Positions 18,611 to 28,919 of a DNA stretch of 64,000 nucleotides are shown here, one piece after another. This DNA is from Alphaproteobacteria bacterium. Lineage in GTDB: Bacteria; Pseudomonadota; Alphaproteobacteria; JAEUKQ01. Under the pieces are notes generated by a model. That model made no database searches. It saw only the letters and a list, made by a program, of their open reading frames with translations, and had not been told where the DNA came from. The stretch lies in assembly GCA_016794225.1 (NCBI GenBank), contig JAEUKQ010000002.1, positions 8,347-72,346 of the forward strand, written 5' to 3'. Position 1 is the first letter of the stretch, and every line of letters begins with the position of its first letter. Made by a program: the position numbers and the translations under genes.

Positions 18611-19387
18611 CTAGGACCACTTTACACTGGCAAGAAACTGTCTGCAACGTTCTGTTGCAGGCGAAAGAAAGATTTGTTCAGGATGTCCTTGCTCGGCAAT
18701 GACACCTTGATCCAAAAAAACAACTTGTGACGCAACTTCACGCGCAAATTTCATTTCGTGGGTGACAATAATCATTGTTCGCCCCTCTTGTGCTAATTGC
18801 TGGAGCACCCGTAAAACCTCGCCAACCAGCTCGGGATCTAGTGCTGATGTTGGTTCATCAAGCAACATAACTTTTGGCTGCATTGCCAATGCCCGGGCAA
18901 TTGCAGCACGCTGTTGTTGGCCACCAGACAAATGGCTAGGATAGGCATGTGCTTTTCCACTGATACCAACCTTATCCAAAAGAGCCATTGCCTCATCAAC
19001 TACTAATTTCTTTGGTTTTTTTAAAACATGAATGGGTGCCTCAATAACATTTTCAAGAATTGTCATATGTGACCATAAATTAAAATTTTGAAAAACCATT
19101 GCTAGTTTGGCACGAATACGGTCCACTTGATGACGATCGGCTGGTTCTTGGTAACCGCGGGGTTTGGGGCGCATCTGAACCCATTCACCATCAACAAAAA
19201 TCTTGCCATCATCTGGAATTTCCAGCAAATTCATACAACGCAAGAAGGTACTTTTACCTGATCCACTGCTGCCAATTAAGGTAACAACATCACCTTGGCG
19301 CGCCGAAAGCGAAACACCCTTAAGCACTTGGTTGGTTCCAAATTTTTTACGAATATTATCGGCAACAATAATGGGTTCTTGATTCAT
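18611..19387 (-). CDS. amino acid ABC transporter ATP-binding protein (HisP-like)
   Basis: Walker [10 protein letters not shown], signature LSGGQQQR, Walker [12 protein letters not shown]-loop VTHEM. Start placed at the internal ATG (MNQEPIIV). Confidence 0.9.
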   Translation of the reverse strand: MNQEPIIVADNIRKKFGTNQVLKGVSLSARQGDVVTLIGSSGSGKSTFLRCMNLLEIPDDGKIFVDGEWVQMRPKPRGYQEPADRHQVDRIRAKLAMVFQNFNLWSHMTILENVIEAPIHVLKKPKKLVVDEAMALLDKVGISGKAHAYPSHLSGGQQQRAAIARALAMQPKVMLLDEPTSALDPELVGEVLRVLQQLAQEGRTMIIVTHEMKFAREVASQVVFLDQGVIAEQGHPEQIFLSPATERCRQFLASVKWS

Positions 19388-19512
19388 GAGATAACATTGG
19401 GTCAATTGTAAAAAAAATCTTGATCAACCATTCATGACGCAGGATCGCAACGGGTGCAAGAGGTATTTTGATCAATTTATCTGTAAATATTGTTAATGTA
19501 TCTAAAGCATTT

Positions 19513-20202
19513 TTAGGGTTTGGCACCAAGGCGTTCCAAATGACGGTTAATAACATCGACCCATGCACCTATCGCACGCACATTATCCCGTAGCTGGCGC
19601 AGTTCGGTAATTGCCTGGTCGATATTTCCAAGTTCAGCCTTAATCAGTGCCTGATAAAAAAGGGCCCGCGGGTTACGTTGATCAATCTTTAAAGCTTTTT
19701 CTAATAAAGTAGCGGCGTTGTTATCGCGCAAACCATAAAGATTTACGCGTGTTTCGGCAATTAAGGCATAATATTCAGCAGGCAAAATAAAATTTTGTTG
19801 CCGAGCAAGTACATCTAATTGTTCATAGTAAAATAATGCTTCCTGATATTTTCCTAGTGCTCGGTAACTATCTGCCAGGATATAAACTGCTTCTATCTGG
19901 CTTGGGTTATTTTTAACAAACGCTTCTAGCTCGATAATTGCTTGATGCAATTTAGCTGTTGCTGGGGGTGTTTCAGGTTGTCTTAGCAAATCTGGACGGC
20001 CAACATAAAGATACAACCCAACAACGCTTGTTATCAAAAAGAATAGGCCAAGTTTTAAGGTTGTACCAACTTCTTTAATCAGACCAGCTACAGCAGAAAT
20101 ATCAGGCTTATTCGTTAATTTTCTTAATGGCCTGATTAAAATGACAATCGTACAAAATAAAATGCTAAAAACGAGAATCCCGAAAACAGTAAATTCAAGC
20201 AT
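19513..20202 (-). CDS. ccmI: c-type cytochrome biogenesis protein CcmI (CycH), TPR-containing
   Basis: 229 aa with two N-terminal TM segments followed by TPR-like repeats. Terminal position in the ccm operon. Confidence 0.7.
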   Translation of the reverse strand: MLEFTVFGILVFSILFCTIVILIRPLRKLTNKPDISAVAGLIKEVGTTLKLGLFFLITSVVGLYLYVGRPDLLRQPETPPATAKLHQAIIELEAFVKNNPSQIEAVYILADSYRALGKYQEALFYYEQLDVLARQQNFILPAEYYALIAETRVNLYGLRDNNAATLLEKALKIDQRNPRALFYQALIKAELGNIDQAITELRQLRDNVRAIGAWVDVINRHLERLGAKP

Positions 20203-20203
20203 C

Positions 20204-20632
20204 TTAAGTATCCCGGTTTAAGCGTTGTGCCTGTTGGATACGTCGAAAAACAACGTATCCACCACCGATTAACACAACAAACGGTAAAATCCACAATAAA
20301 TAGGTACGCCCTGTAAATGGCGGATGAAATAAAATTGCATCCCCATATCGATCTTTGAGAAAGGCAATAACCATTTCTGGTTTTTCACCCAGGCTTAATC
20401 GTTCCAGAATAAGAGCCCGCATATCGGCCGCTAATTCGGCTGGCGATTCGGCAAGTGACTGACCCTGGCAAACGGGACAGCGTAGTTCTGTATAAAGTTG
20501 GTAAGCTTGTTGCTGAATTAGCTGGGGCGATAGGGGTTGCTGCGCTTTAATAAGTGCAGATATAAAAGCTATTCCAAGATATAGAACAAAAACCATAAAC
20601 ACCAGGCGTTGCCAATGTATGTTACTTTGCAT
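20204..20632 (-). CDS. ccmH: cytochrome c-type biogenesis protein CcmH (CycL)
   Basis: LRCPVCQGQSLAESPAELAADMR motif plus a C-terminal TM segment. Confidence 0.85.
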   Translation of the reverse strand: MQSNIHWQRLVFMVFVLYLGIAFISALIKAQQPLSPQLIQQQAYQLYTELRCPVCQGQSLAESPAELAADMRALILERLSLGEKPEMVIAFLKDRYGDAILFHPPFTGRTYLLWILPFVVLIGGGYVVFRRIQQAQRLNRDT

Positions 20633-20634
20633 AC

Positions 20635-21165
20635 TTATCTATTCTCGTTTAAAAGGGGTATAATTTTATCGCGAATAATTGCGTCATTAAGTGGGCCGGC
20701 ATAGCGGAAAATAATTTGCCCGTTTCCGTCAATGAAAAAAGTTTCTGGAATGCCCGAAATCCCAAAGCTAATGGTTGTTCGACCATTGTTATCTTGTAAA
20801 GTTTCAATATATGGATTGCCTAAAGATTCAAGAAATTGCCGTGTGTTTTCTGGTTTGTCGCGATATGCAATCCCAATGATGGGAATGTTACGTCTATGAA
20901 GCGCCATTAATAGTGGGTGTTCTTGCCGGCAGGGGGCACACCACGATGCAAAGAAATTAACAACAAGCGGTTGCCCGGCAAAGTCTTGTAATTTTACAAG
21001 TTTATCTTGATCATAAAGGGAAGGAAGAGAAAAATTTGGGGCTTTTGCTCCAACCATTTCCTGCGGTTGTTTAATCGGTTGTTGTTGAAGCAAAGCATAG
21101 CCAAGGTACAAAGCGAGTATAGAAAAAATTAACAAGGGAAGTACAAAAAACAAACGATTCTTCAT
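20635..21165 (-). CDS. ccmG: thiol:disulfide interchange protein DsbE/CcmG
   Basis: 176 aa with signal anchor. FFASWCAPCRQEHP thioredoxin motif and GVPETF-like GIPETFFID. Confidence 0.88.
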   Translation of the reverse strand: MKNRLFFVLPLLIFSILALYLGYALLQQQPIKQPQEMVGAKAPNFSLPSLYDQDKLVKLQDFAGQPLVVNFFASWCAPCRQEHPLLMALHRRNIPIIGIAYRDKPENTRQFLESLGNPYIETLQDNNGRTTISFGISGIPETFFIDGNGQIIFRYAGPLNDAIIRDKIIPLLNENR

Positions 21166-21168
21166 GGT

Positions 21169-23142
21169 TTAAAGTGCCTTTGTTTCTATAACAGAAGGGG
21201 TAGCTGATGGTGTATGTCTAAGGTGTTTTATGGAAGCAATTAATCCAACCAGTCCCCCTATAGCCATTAAAACAACCCCCAGCCATAACCATGTCATTAA
21301 GGGATTGATGTAAAACCATATCTTCCAGGATGGGTGGTTAAAGTTTTCTTGGGCAATGGCTGCATATAAATCATATCTTAAGGTTGCAAAAATCGCTGCT
21401 TCAGCTGTAAACATCTGTTGAGAAGGGAAATAGCGTTTTTCCGGGTATAAATTGGCAATTTTTTGGGTGCCTTGAAATAGTCCCAAGGTAATTTTTTCGC
21501 CGGTAAAATTTGGGCCTTTAATATCTTTTTCTTCTTCGACAACAAGGCGATAGTTCCCTAAAGATAATTGATCGCCAATTGAAAGTGTTTCGACAATCTC
21601 GCTTTTCCAAGCCGCGTGACCAGCCATAGAAATAACTGTAATACCTAAGCCAATATGGGCAAGTATCATGGCATATTCGTTTAGGGTAATGGACACAAAA
21701 TCCTTGATAAGACGCATTCCCAACCACCAAAGCGCCGACAATACTATTAAAATTCCACCTGTAAAGGTCAATATGCTTATGATTGACCCAGGTTTTAGCC
21801 AAAAAATAATAAAACTGATTATTAGTGATATTGCGCATACAGGCATTAGGTTTTTAATAGTTTTTAACCAATGCCCAGCACGCCAGGGAATAAAGGGTAT
21901 AAAAGCCATTAGTATCAGCAAAGGTATAAAAATTGGTACAAAAGTTTGATCATAATAAGGTGGACCAACCGCAACGGTTCTTGCACCAATTGCCTCTAAA
22001 ATAACCGGATATAACGTACCAATTAAAACTGTACCCATGGCGGTAAGCAACAATAAATTATTAAACAAAATACCGGTTTCACGACTTACTGAATTAAAGT
22101 AAATATTATTAAAAAAGCCCCCCCCGTATTTGGCAAAAATAGTGAAAGCCCCCCCAATGGTAAGCCCAAGAATCACCAAAATAAAAATACCGCGCCAGGG
22201 GTCGGTCGCGAAACTATGGACCGATATAACCAGCCCAGAACGTACCAAAAATGTACCAAGCAAGCATAAAGAGAAGCTTGTGATAGCAAGCAACACAGTC
22301 CAGTTTTTGAAGCCATCACGTTTGGCAAGTACGCGGAGTGAGTGTATAAGAGCTGTTCCTGTTAACCACGGTAGAAGAGAGGCGTTTTCAACAGCATCCC
22401 AGAACCACCAGCCACCCCACCCAAGTTCATAGTAAGCCCAGTGACTACCAGCACCAATTCCCACTGTTAAAAAAACCCAAGAAATCAAAACCCAGGGGCG
22501 TAACCAGTTAGCCCATTCACGGTCGATTTTTTGGTGCAGCATTCCTGCTATTGCAAATGAAAAGGCGATTGAAAAACCTACATATCCCATATACAAGGTT
22601 GGTGGGTGTAGCGCTAAGGCTGGGTCTTGTAATAACGGATTTAGGGCAGCACCCTGAAATGGTGGTGGAGAAAGACGTTCAAATGGGTTCGACGATAAAA
22701 TAATAAAGATTAGAAAAAAAGCGGCAATAAGTCCCTGGCATGCAAGGGTGGTAATCCTGAAATATTCAGGTAAGCGCACAATTTTTAAGCTAATGGTAAA
22801 ACTGAACAGCGAAAAAAGAAATATCCATAACAGTAAAGACCCCTCATGATTCCCCCAAGCACCGCTAATTCGAAAGAATAATGGTTGCTCTGCCGACGAA
22901 TTGTCGGCAACGTTAAGCACAGACAGGTCGGTTATTATGTGCAGATATATTAATATGCCAAAAGAAAGCCCAAGAAATAAGAAATGTAACCGTACAGCCC
23001 ACGGCACCATATGGTTGAAAGCTAATGACCACAGATTATTTTCCTCTTTATTTGCCTGTGCTATTCTTAAAAAACCACCAGCTTGAACGATGGCCATTGC
23101 CAGCGACATGATCAGAAAGAACTGTCCCAATTCTGCAATCAT
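21169..23142 (-). CDS. ccmF: heme lyase CcmF
   Basis: 657 aa polytopic membrane protein. WGGWWFWD tryptophan-rich (WWD) motif and conserved His residues. Confidence 0.92.
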   Translation of the reverse strand: MIAELGQFFLIMSLAMAIVQAGGFLRIAQANKEENNLWSLAFNHMVPWAVRLHFLFLGLSFGILIYLHIITDLSVLNVADNSSAEQPLFFRISGAWGNHEGSLLLWIFLFSLFSFTISLKIVRLPEYFRITTLACQGLIAAFFLIFIILSSNPFERLSPPPFQGAALNPLLQDPALALHPPTLYMGYVGFSIAFSFAIAGMLHQKIDREWANWLRPWVLISWVFLTVGIGAGSHWAYYELGWGGWWFWDAVENASLLPWLTGTALIHSLRVLAKRDGFKNWTVLLAITSFSLCLLGTFLVRSGLVISVHSFATDPWRGIFILVILGLTIGGAFTIFAKYGGGFFNNIYFNSVSRETGILFNNLLLLTAMGTVLIGTLYPVILEAIGARTVAVGPPYYDQTFVPIFIPLLILMAFIPFIPWRAGHWLKTIKNLMPVCAISLIISFIIFWLKPGSIISILTFTGGILIVLSALWWLGMRLIKDFVSITLNEYAMILAHIGLGITVISMAGHAAWKSEIVETLSIGDQLSLGNYRLVVEEEKDIKGPNFTGEKITLGLFQGTQKIANLYPEKRYFPSQQMFTAEAAIFATLRYDLYAAIAQENFNHPSWKIWFYINPLMTWLWLGVVLMAIGGLVGLIASIKHLRHTPSATPSVIETKAL

Positions 23143-23604
23143 TTATGGGCCATCCTGTCCACGCCACAACCCTTTTTCTTCCATCTGCTTCTTTACAGAT
23201 GCAGGAATGTAGTTTTCGTCATGTTTGGCTAAAATAAGTGTTGTGATAATTTCTCCTTGCGGTGAAAGCGTTCCCTCAACCACAACTCCTTTGCCCTGTT
23301 TAAACAGGCTAGGCCAATTTCCCTGATAATTTATGGTATTGGCCGTAATTTCATGTTCAAGATCAGTAATAACAAAACGTTCAATCATTCCTTGCGCATT
23401 ATATTGCAGACTATTTGGTTTAACCAAGCCACCCACGCGTAATTTTTGGTTTTGGTTATTGAAAGAACCTTTCAAAATATCCGATGGTGTATATAAAAAA
23501 GCCGCACTCTGGTTAATGACGTTAATTAATAAAAACGCTGCCAAAGCAGCAATAGCAAAAATTGCCAAGAATAAGTATAAACGCTTTTTCTTATAACGGT
23601 TCAT
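23143..23604 (-). CDS. ccmE: cytochrome c maturation heme chaperone CcmE
   Basis: 153 aa with N-terminal anchor. RVGGLV...VLAKHDENYIP contains the heme-binding His motif. Confidence 0.9.
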   Translation of the reverse strand: MNRYKKKRLYLFLAIFAIAALAAFLLINVINQSAAFLYTPSDILKGSFNNQNQKLRVGGLVKPNSLQYNAQGMIERFVITDLEHEITANTINYQGNWPSLFKQGKGVVVEGTLSPQGEIITTLILAKHDENYIPASVKKQMEEKGLWRGQDGP

Positions 23605-23759
23605 GATTTATTTGCGGTGTCATTCTTATTGTGTAAACGTTCAATCATGCTTAACGCTCGCCGCCGCCGGTAAAATTGCCGTATTACCAATACGGTAGTA
23701 GAAATCAATGTGATAGCGGTTAACAAATAAGCATATAAAACATAGTTGTCTAGATACAT
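23601..23759 (-). CDS. ccmD: heme exporter protein CcmD (probable)
   Basis: About 52 aa from the internal ATG: MYLDNYVLYAYLLTAITLISTTVLVIRQFYRRRRAL. Single TM followed by an Arg cluster, as in CcmD/HelD. Overlaps the ccmE start by 4 nt. Confidence 0.55.
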   Translation of the reverse strand: MYLDNYVLYAYLLTAITLISTTVLVIRQFYRRRRALSMIERLHNKNDTANKS

Positions 23760-23952
23760 AAAAATTCCAACTGTAAATGGTTTAAGCAGCATTATTTATT
23801 TAAAGCACGTGTCTGCCAAATCAACCTGCAAAAATTTTTATCAACAGATTGAGGATCAAAAGAATCACCCATATATTTATAAATATAATTAACAATAAAA
23901 CAATTATTAAGACAGCCTAATTTATTGTGCTTATATTTTAAAACCCAAAGAG

Positions 23953-25767
23953 GTGGCAATGCCGGTGCGGATATTACCAGATCACCTAATTAATATGATT
24001 GCTGCAGGCGAAGTTATAGAACGTCCTGCTTCAGTCATTAAGGAATTGGTGGAAAATGCCATTGATGCTGGGGCAAACCAGATTGCTGTAACATTAGAAA
24101 ACGCCGGTAAAAGCCGTATAATTGTGCGTGATAATGGTCACGGTATGCTACCTAAAGATTTGGAACTGTCGGTTGAACGTCACGCTACATCAAAACTTGT
24201 CGATGATGATTTAAGTGTCATTAAGACTTTGGGATTTCGTGGTGAAGCCTTACCATCAATTGGTGCGATTGCCCGGTTGCAACTTATCAGCCGACCGCCC
24301 GAATCTGATTCTGCCTGGGAGATTAGTGTTGCGGGTGGAAAAAAAGGGACTTTGCAACCGGCGCGTGCGAACCCTGGAACAACAGTTGATGTGCGGGATT
24401 TGTTTTTTGCTATTCCCGCGCGTCTGAAATTTTTAAAAGCAGATACCACCGAGATCGCACATATTACTGAAATCGTTTGTCGATTGGCACTTGTAAACCC
24501 GCATATTGGTTTTACGCTGCACCATCATGAAAAGCTTATTCTACGCTACGCTAGAATTCAAGAACGCTTGCTGCCTACAAGTCCCTATCAACAAAGAGTT
24601 GAACAGGTTTTAGGTGTCGAATTTATTCAAAATAGCCGTTCAATATTGACCGAACGCGATGGCATGTCGCTTCAAGGTTTTATCAGTTTGCCGACTTATC
24701 ATCGAACCAACAGCCAGGAACAATATATTTTTGTGAATAATCGTCCTGTGCGTGATCGGCAATTACAATCGGCTGTGCGTGTCGCTTACCAAGATGTTAT
24801 TGCACATAATCGTTATCCTGCTGTTGTATTATATTTGGCAGTACCATCAGACCAGATTGATGTGAATGTTCATCCTGCGAAAACAGAAGTTCGCTTTCGT
24901 CAAGCCGATCGAGTTCGTTCGTTGGTTATTTCTGCAATCAAGTCGCGTCTGGTAGAACAAGATATTCGCACTGCCCCAATAATTACCCAGCAAGCTACGC
25001 CATATTTTAAATCGTCATTTTCGTCTAAGAACAATGGTTTTCCGGGGTTTATACTGGGTGAAAAGCCGTCTTCTTTTCACTGGCAGCAGAATCAACAGCA
25101 AGATGCTAAACCTGCAAACCAACCTTTTATTATGGCGGAGCAGCCTAGCCATGATCATGTTACGCATTCCACAAATTTGGTATCGCCCCATTTTTTGGGC
25201 AATGCAGTTGCACAGATTCACCGTACCTATATTATTGCGCAAACTGAAGAAAAGATGGTGATTGTTGATCAACACGCTGCCCATGAACGGCTGGTTTACG
25301 AAAAAATGAAGAATGCCTTAACAGATCAGGCAATCAAAAGACAATTGCTTCTCATTCCAGAAATTGTCAATTTGCCGGCTGGGCAAGCCGAAATGATTCT
25401 CGAAAAAGCCGATGACCTACAAAAATTAGGATTAACAATTGAATCGTTTGGCTTGAATACCATATTGGTACGCGAAGTTCCCGCAATGCTGATGGGGTTA
25501 AAAGTACCACAGACAATTATTGATCTGGCAGCGCAGATATATGAACAGGGGGATAGTTGGTTGTTGCAAAATCATCTGCATGAAGTATGCGGAACTTTGG
25601 CTTGTCATAGCAGCATCAGGGCTGGGCATACTATGACTGTTGCCGAAATGAACGCCTTGTTACGACAAATGGAAGAGACGCCAAATAGCAGCCAATGTAA
25701 TCACGGTCGTCCAACCTATATTGAATTGCGTCGAGAAGATATGGAGAAACTGTTTGGGCGTCGCTAA
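23953..25767 (+). CDS. mutL: DNA mismatch repair endonuclease MutL
   Basis: 604 aa. IAAGEVIERPASVIKELVENAIDAGA (GHKL ATPase), DNGHGM, C-terminal endonuclease motifs DQHAAHERL and CNHGRPT. Start is GTG 23953 or ATG 23959. Confidence 0.92.
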   Translation: MAMPVRILPDHLINMIAAGEVIERPASVIKELVENAIDAGANQIAVTLENAGKSRIIVRDNGHGMLPKDLELSVERHATSKLVDDDLSVIKTLGFRGEALPSIGAIARLQLISRPPESDSAWEISVAGGKKGTLQPARANPGTTVDVRDLFFAIPARLKFLKADTTEIAHITEIVCRLALVNPHIGFTLHHHEKLILRYARIQERLLPTSPYQQRVEQVLGVEFIQNSRSILTERDGMSLQGFISLPTYHRTNSQEQYIFVNNRPVRDRQLQSAVRVAYQDVIAHNRYPAVVLYLAVPSDQIDVNVHPAKTEVRFRQADRVRSLVISAIKSRLVEQDIRTAPIITQQATPYFKSSFSSKNNGFPGFILGEKPSSFHWQQNQQQDAKPANQPFIMAEQPSHDHVTHSTNLVSPHFLGNAVAQIHRTYIIAQTEEKMVIVDQHAAHERLVYEKMKNALTDQAIKRQLLLIPEIVNLPAGQAEMILEKADDLQKLGLTIESFGLNTILVREVPAMLMGLKVPQTIIDLAAQIYEQGDSWLLQNHLHEVCGTLACHSSIRAGHTMTVAEMNALLRQMEETPNSSQCNHGRPTYIELRREDMEKLFGRR

Positions 25768-25801
25768 TAACGATAAAGCAACAATATAATAACATATGTG
25801 T

Positions 25802-26422
25802 TTAGCGTTGAAACTTTTTCTTTGCCTTCTGACGCGCATCGGCCAGATGTAGCCCTGCGGCAACCACCAGCCCGGCTACCATGATGCCTAATATAATATT
25901 GGTCCAAAGTCCAGGTGTAATACCAAACCCAATCACAAGGGCAATAATCGAAAACATAGCCGCACGGTCGCTTTTACCCATCGGGCCGTCATATTGCTTG
26001 GCAACACCGGCGACATGCGCGATCATGGCAAATAACTCGCTAATTGTCATGAGTACAATCAAAAGAATCATCAACCAAGCCTCAATACCGCCGATTAAAG
26101 CAAAAGGCATATATAAAATCACATCAGCAAAAATATCGCCTAATTCTGTTAAAACAGCCCCTAACCGCGATTGTTGGTTGTATTCCCGAGTTAACATGCC
26201 GTCGGTGGCATTTAACATGGTTTTTAATATTAAAACCACTGGAATTGCCAGCATGAAATAGGCAGAAAATGATGCCAATAAAACGGCACCTGCGCCACTT
26301 GCTGAAAGCATGAAACCAACCAACATAACCTGATTGGGCGTGGCTCCAGCCCGTGCCAAGCGCTGGACAAAAGGCCTTAAACGACGTTTAAAAATAGGCT
26401 TCAATTTTGGAAAAAGTGCCAT
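25802..26422 (-). CDS. CDP-alcohol phosphatidyltransferase family protein (divergent motif)
   Basis: 206 aa multi-TM protein. NATDGMLTREYNQQSRLGAVLTELGDIFAD resembles DxxDGxxARx8GxxxDxxxD but with substitutions. See the finding for this gene. Confidence 0.6.
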   Translation of the reverse strand: MALFPKLKPIFKRRLRPFVQRLARAGATPNQVMLVGFMLSASGAGAVLLASFSAYFMLAIPVVLILKTMLNATDGMLTREYNQQSRLGAVLTELGDIFADVILYMPFALIGGIEAWLMILLIVLMTISELFAMIAHVAGVAKQYDGPMGKSDRAAMFSIIALVIGFGITPGLWTNIILGIMVAGLVVAAGLHLADARQKAKKKFQR

Positions 26423-26444
26423 TATTGCTTTTGTTCCACTTGAT

Positions 26445-26474
26445 TTGTTATCATTGTTTCATGCCTGGTATAAT
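26445..26474 (+). promoter_or_regulatory. sigma70-like promoter candidate upstream of accD
   Basis: TTGTTA (26445-26450), 18-nt spacer, extended -10 TGgTATAAT (TATAAT at 26469-26474). Pattern match only. Confidence 0.3.
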
Positions 26475-26655
26475 CATTGCTGTATCATGGTGCCAAGTTT
26501 AGTTCTGAAATATATGTACATCAATATAATTTTTCGCTATGTTTTCATCTTTAACGATCAGCGTACTTTCAACTTCCGCAAGGTAGCGATTATTGCTGTT
26601 GTTGGCAAGAATGCGTCGTCGTAAGAACCTTAAAGCGATTGTGGAGATATTAAGA

Positions 26656-27513
26656 ATGAGCTGGTTAACAAATTTTGTCCGGCCAAAGATTCAGTCAGCC
26701 AAAAAAATTGAAACCCCAGATAACCTTTGGGATAAATGCCCTAGCTGCAAACAAATGGTTTTTCATCGGGATTTACAGTCTAATCTTTTTGTTTGTCCAG
26801 CCTGTCAGTATCACTGGCGTATTGGTTTTAAACTAAGGCTTGAGAAGCTATTTGATCAGGGGCAATATCAGCGCAAGTCTTTACCAAAATTTGAAGCTGA
26901 TCCGCTTAAATTCCGCGATCAAAAAAAATATGCCGACCGTCTTAAGGAATATCAAACCAAAAGTGGTGAAAATGATGCGTTGGTTGTTGCCGAAGGTACG
27001 GTTGGTGGACATCGCCTTGTTGTTGCCATTTTTAATTTTTCCTTTATGGGTGGATCAATGGGGATTGCCGTAGGTGAAGGATTATTGGCTGCGGCTGATG
27101 CCGCGGTTGCAAGCAAGGCTGCCTTGCTTGCAATACCTGCTTCAGGTGGGGCGCGGATGCAGGAAGGAATTTTGTCGCTTATGCAAATGCCCCGTTCGGT
27201 AATAGCCGTAGAAAAGGTAAAGAACGCTGGTTTACCATATTTAGTGCTATTAACCGACCCAACAACAGGTGGTGTTAGTGCTTCTTTTGCTATGTTGGGT
27301 GATATAACCATGGCCGAACCGGGCTCGATTATTGGGTTTGCCGGTGCACGGGTTATTGAAGAGACAATTCGTGAAAAATTGCCCGAAGGATTCCAACGTG
27401 CCGAATATTTGCAAGAACATGGAATGGTTGATTTGGTCGTTCATCGCCATGAAATACCGAAAACTGTGGCAAAAATTCTATCCCACCTTAACCCCGTGCG
27501 TACGACAGAATAA
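26656..27513 (+). CDS. accD: acetyl-CoA carboxylase carboxyltransferase subunit beta
   Basis: MSWLTNFVRPKI start. Zinc ribbon CPSCKQ...CPACQYH. GGSMG and GGARMQEG carboxyltransferase motifs. The upstream in-frame extension from 26593 is judged non-coding. Confidence 0.9.
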   Translation: MSWLTNFVRPKIQSAKKIETPDNLWDKCPSCKQMVFHRDLQSNLFVCPACQYHWRIGFKLRLEKLFDQGQYQRKSLPKFEADPLKFRDQKKYADRLKEYQTKSGENDALVVAEGTVGGHRLVVAIFNFSFMGGSMGIAVGEGLLAAADAAVASKAALLAIPASGGARMQEGILSLMQMPRSVIAVEKVKNAGLPYLVLLTDPTTGGVSASFAMLGDITMAEPGSIIGFAGARVIEETIREKLPEGFQRAEYLQEHGMVDLVVHRHEIPKTVAKILSHLNPVRTTE

Positions 27514-27542
27514 TAATTTAAGCTGGTCTTTTGGGTTAGTAC

Positions 27543-28832
27543 ATGGTTCCGGCAACAACAGAAATACTTGAGCGGTTAAAAAAGCTGCACCCAAAAGTTA
27601 TTGATTTATCGTTGGGGCGTATTAATCGGCTGTTGCGGGATCTTGGCAATCCGCACCACCGTCTTGCGCCAGTTATTCATGTGGCCGGAACAAATGGAAA
27701 AGGATCAACAGTTGCTTATTTGCGGGCTATTTTTGAGGCAGCAGGGTACCGCGTACATGCCTATATTTCACCACATCTTGTACATTTCAATGAACGCATT
27801 CGGCTTGCAGGGCAATTGATTGAAGATGGGTTGCTAGCCCAATTGTTAATGGAATGCGAACGAATCAATGATGGTAAGCCAATCACCTTTTTTGAAATAA
27901 CGACAGCAGCAGCCTTTTTAGCTTTTGCGCAAACTAAGGCTGATATTGTGCTGTTGGAAACAGGCTTGGGCGGCCGTCTTGATGCAACAAATGTTATTGA
28001 TCACCCACTGCTGAGCATTATAACGCCCATTTCATTCGATCATATGGCGTATTTGGGTAGCACATTAGCGAAAATTGCCAGTGAAAAAGCAGGAATTATG
28101 AAAAAAGGCGTACCCGCTGTTATTAGTGCCCAGCCAGACGAAGCAATGCAGGTTTTCACGGCAACAGCCAATAAATTGCAAATACCGGTAAGCCGTTGTG
28201 GTGTTGAATGGCAGGTATATGAACGCATCGCAGATTTTGTTTTTCAAGATGATCGTGGCCAACAAATATTTGCAAAGCCGATTCTGCCTGGCGCGCATCA
28301 GATACTTAATGCCGCAGCGGTGGTTGCTGCTTGTCAATATTTAACACCTTTTGATATAAAGAAAACACACATAGCGCAAGGATTCCAAAGTGCAGATTGG
28401 CCAGCCAGACTGCAAAAATTAAAGCGCGGTGTGTTAATTGAAAAATTACCGCAAGGTTGGGAATTGTGGTTGGATGGCGCACATAATCAGGGAGGAGGGC
28501 AGGTGCTTGCCAACTGGCTTGATCAGCAGGCTTTACGCCCTACATATTTAATTATGGGCATGATTAGTACCAAACAGCCCCACGATTTTCTGGCCTGTTT
28601 TATCAATAAAGTAAGCGGGGTACAAGTTATCCCGATTGATAGTGCCGACCACACCGCCTTTACACCATTTGACATTATTAAGTCCGCACAAAATTTAGAC
28701 CTTAATATTGCCTCTGCTGCGTGCGCTGCAACCGCTTTGGATGAAATTATAAAATGTGAAAAACGGCCTTCTAGGGTCGTTATATGCGGGTCACTTTATT
28801 TGGCAGGAGAGGTTCTAAAAAACAACGAGTAG
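27543..28832 (+). CDS. folC: bifunctional folylpolyglutamate synthase / dihydrofolate synthase
   Basis: 429 aa. P-loop HVAGTNGKGST, ETGLGGRLDATNV, Mur ligase-type C-domain. accD-folC synteny. Confidence 0.9.
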   Translation: MVPATTEILERLKKLHPKVIDLSLGRINRLLRDLGNPHHRLAPVIHVAGTNGKGSTVAYLRAIFEAAGYRVHAYISPHLVHFNERIRLAGQLIEDGLLAQLLMECERINDGKPITFFEITTAAAFLAFAQTKADIVLLETGLGGRLDATNVIDHPLLSIITPISFDHMAYLGSTLAKIASEKAGIMKKGVPAVISAQPDEAMQVFTATANKLQIPVSRCGVEWQVYERIADFVFQDDRGQQIFAKPILPGAHQILNAAAVVAACQYLTPFDIKKTHIAQGFQSADWPARLQKLKRGVLIEKLPQGWELWLDGAHNQGGGQVLANWLDQQALRPTYLIMGMISTKQPHDFLACFINKVSGVQVIPIDSADHTAFTPFDIIKSAQNLDLNIASAACAATALDEIIKCEKRPSRVVICGSLYLAGEVLKNNE

Positions 28833-28919
28833 GAAATTATAAAGCATTCTTAAAACAAACACAAGAAATAATTATGGATATTTTTAGCAATTTCCCCCAA
28901 TTTCTTGATAATTTGTCGT

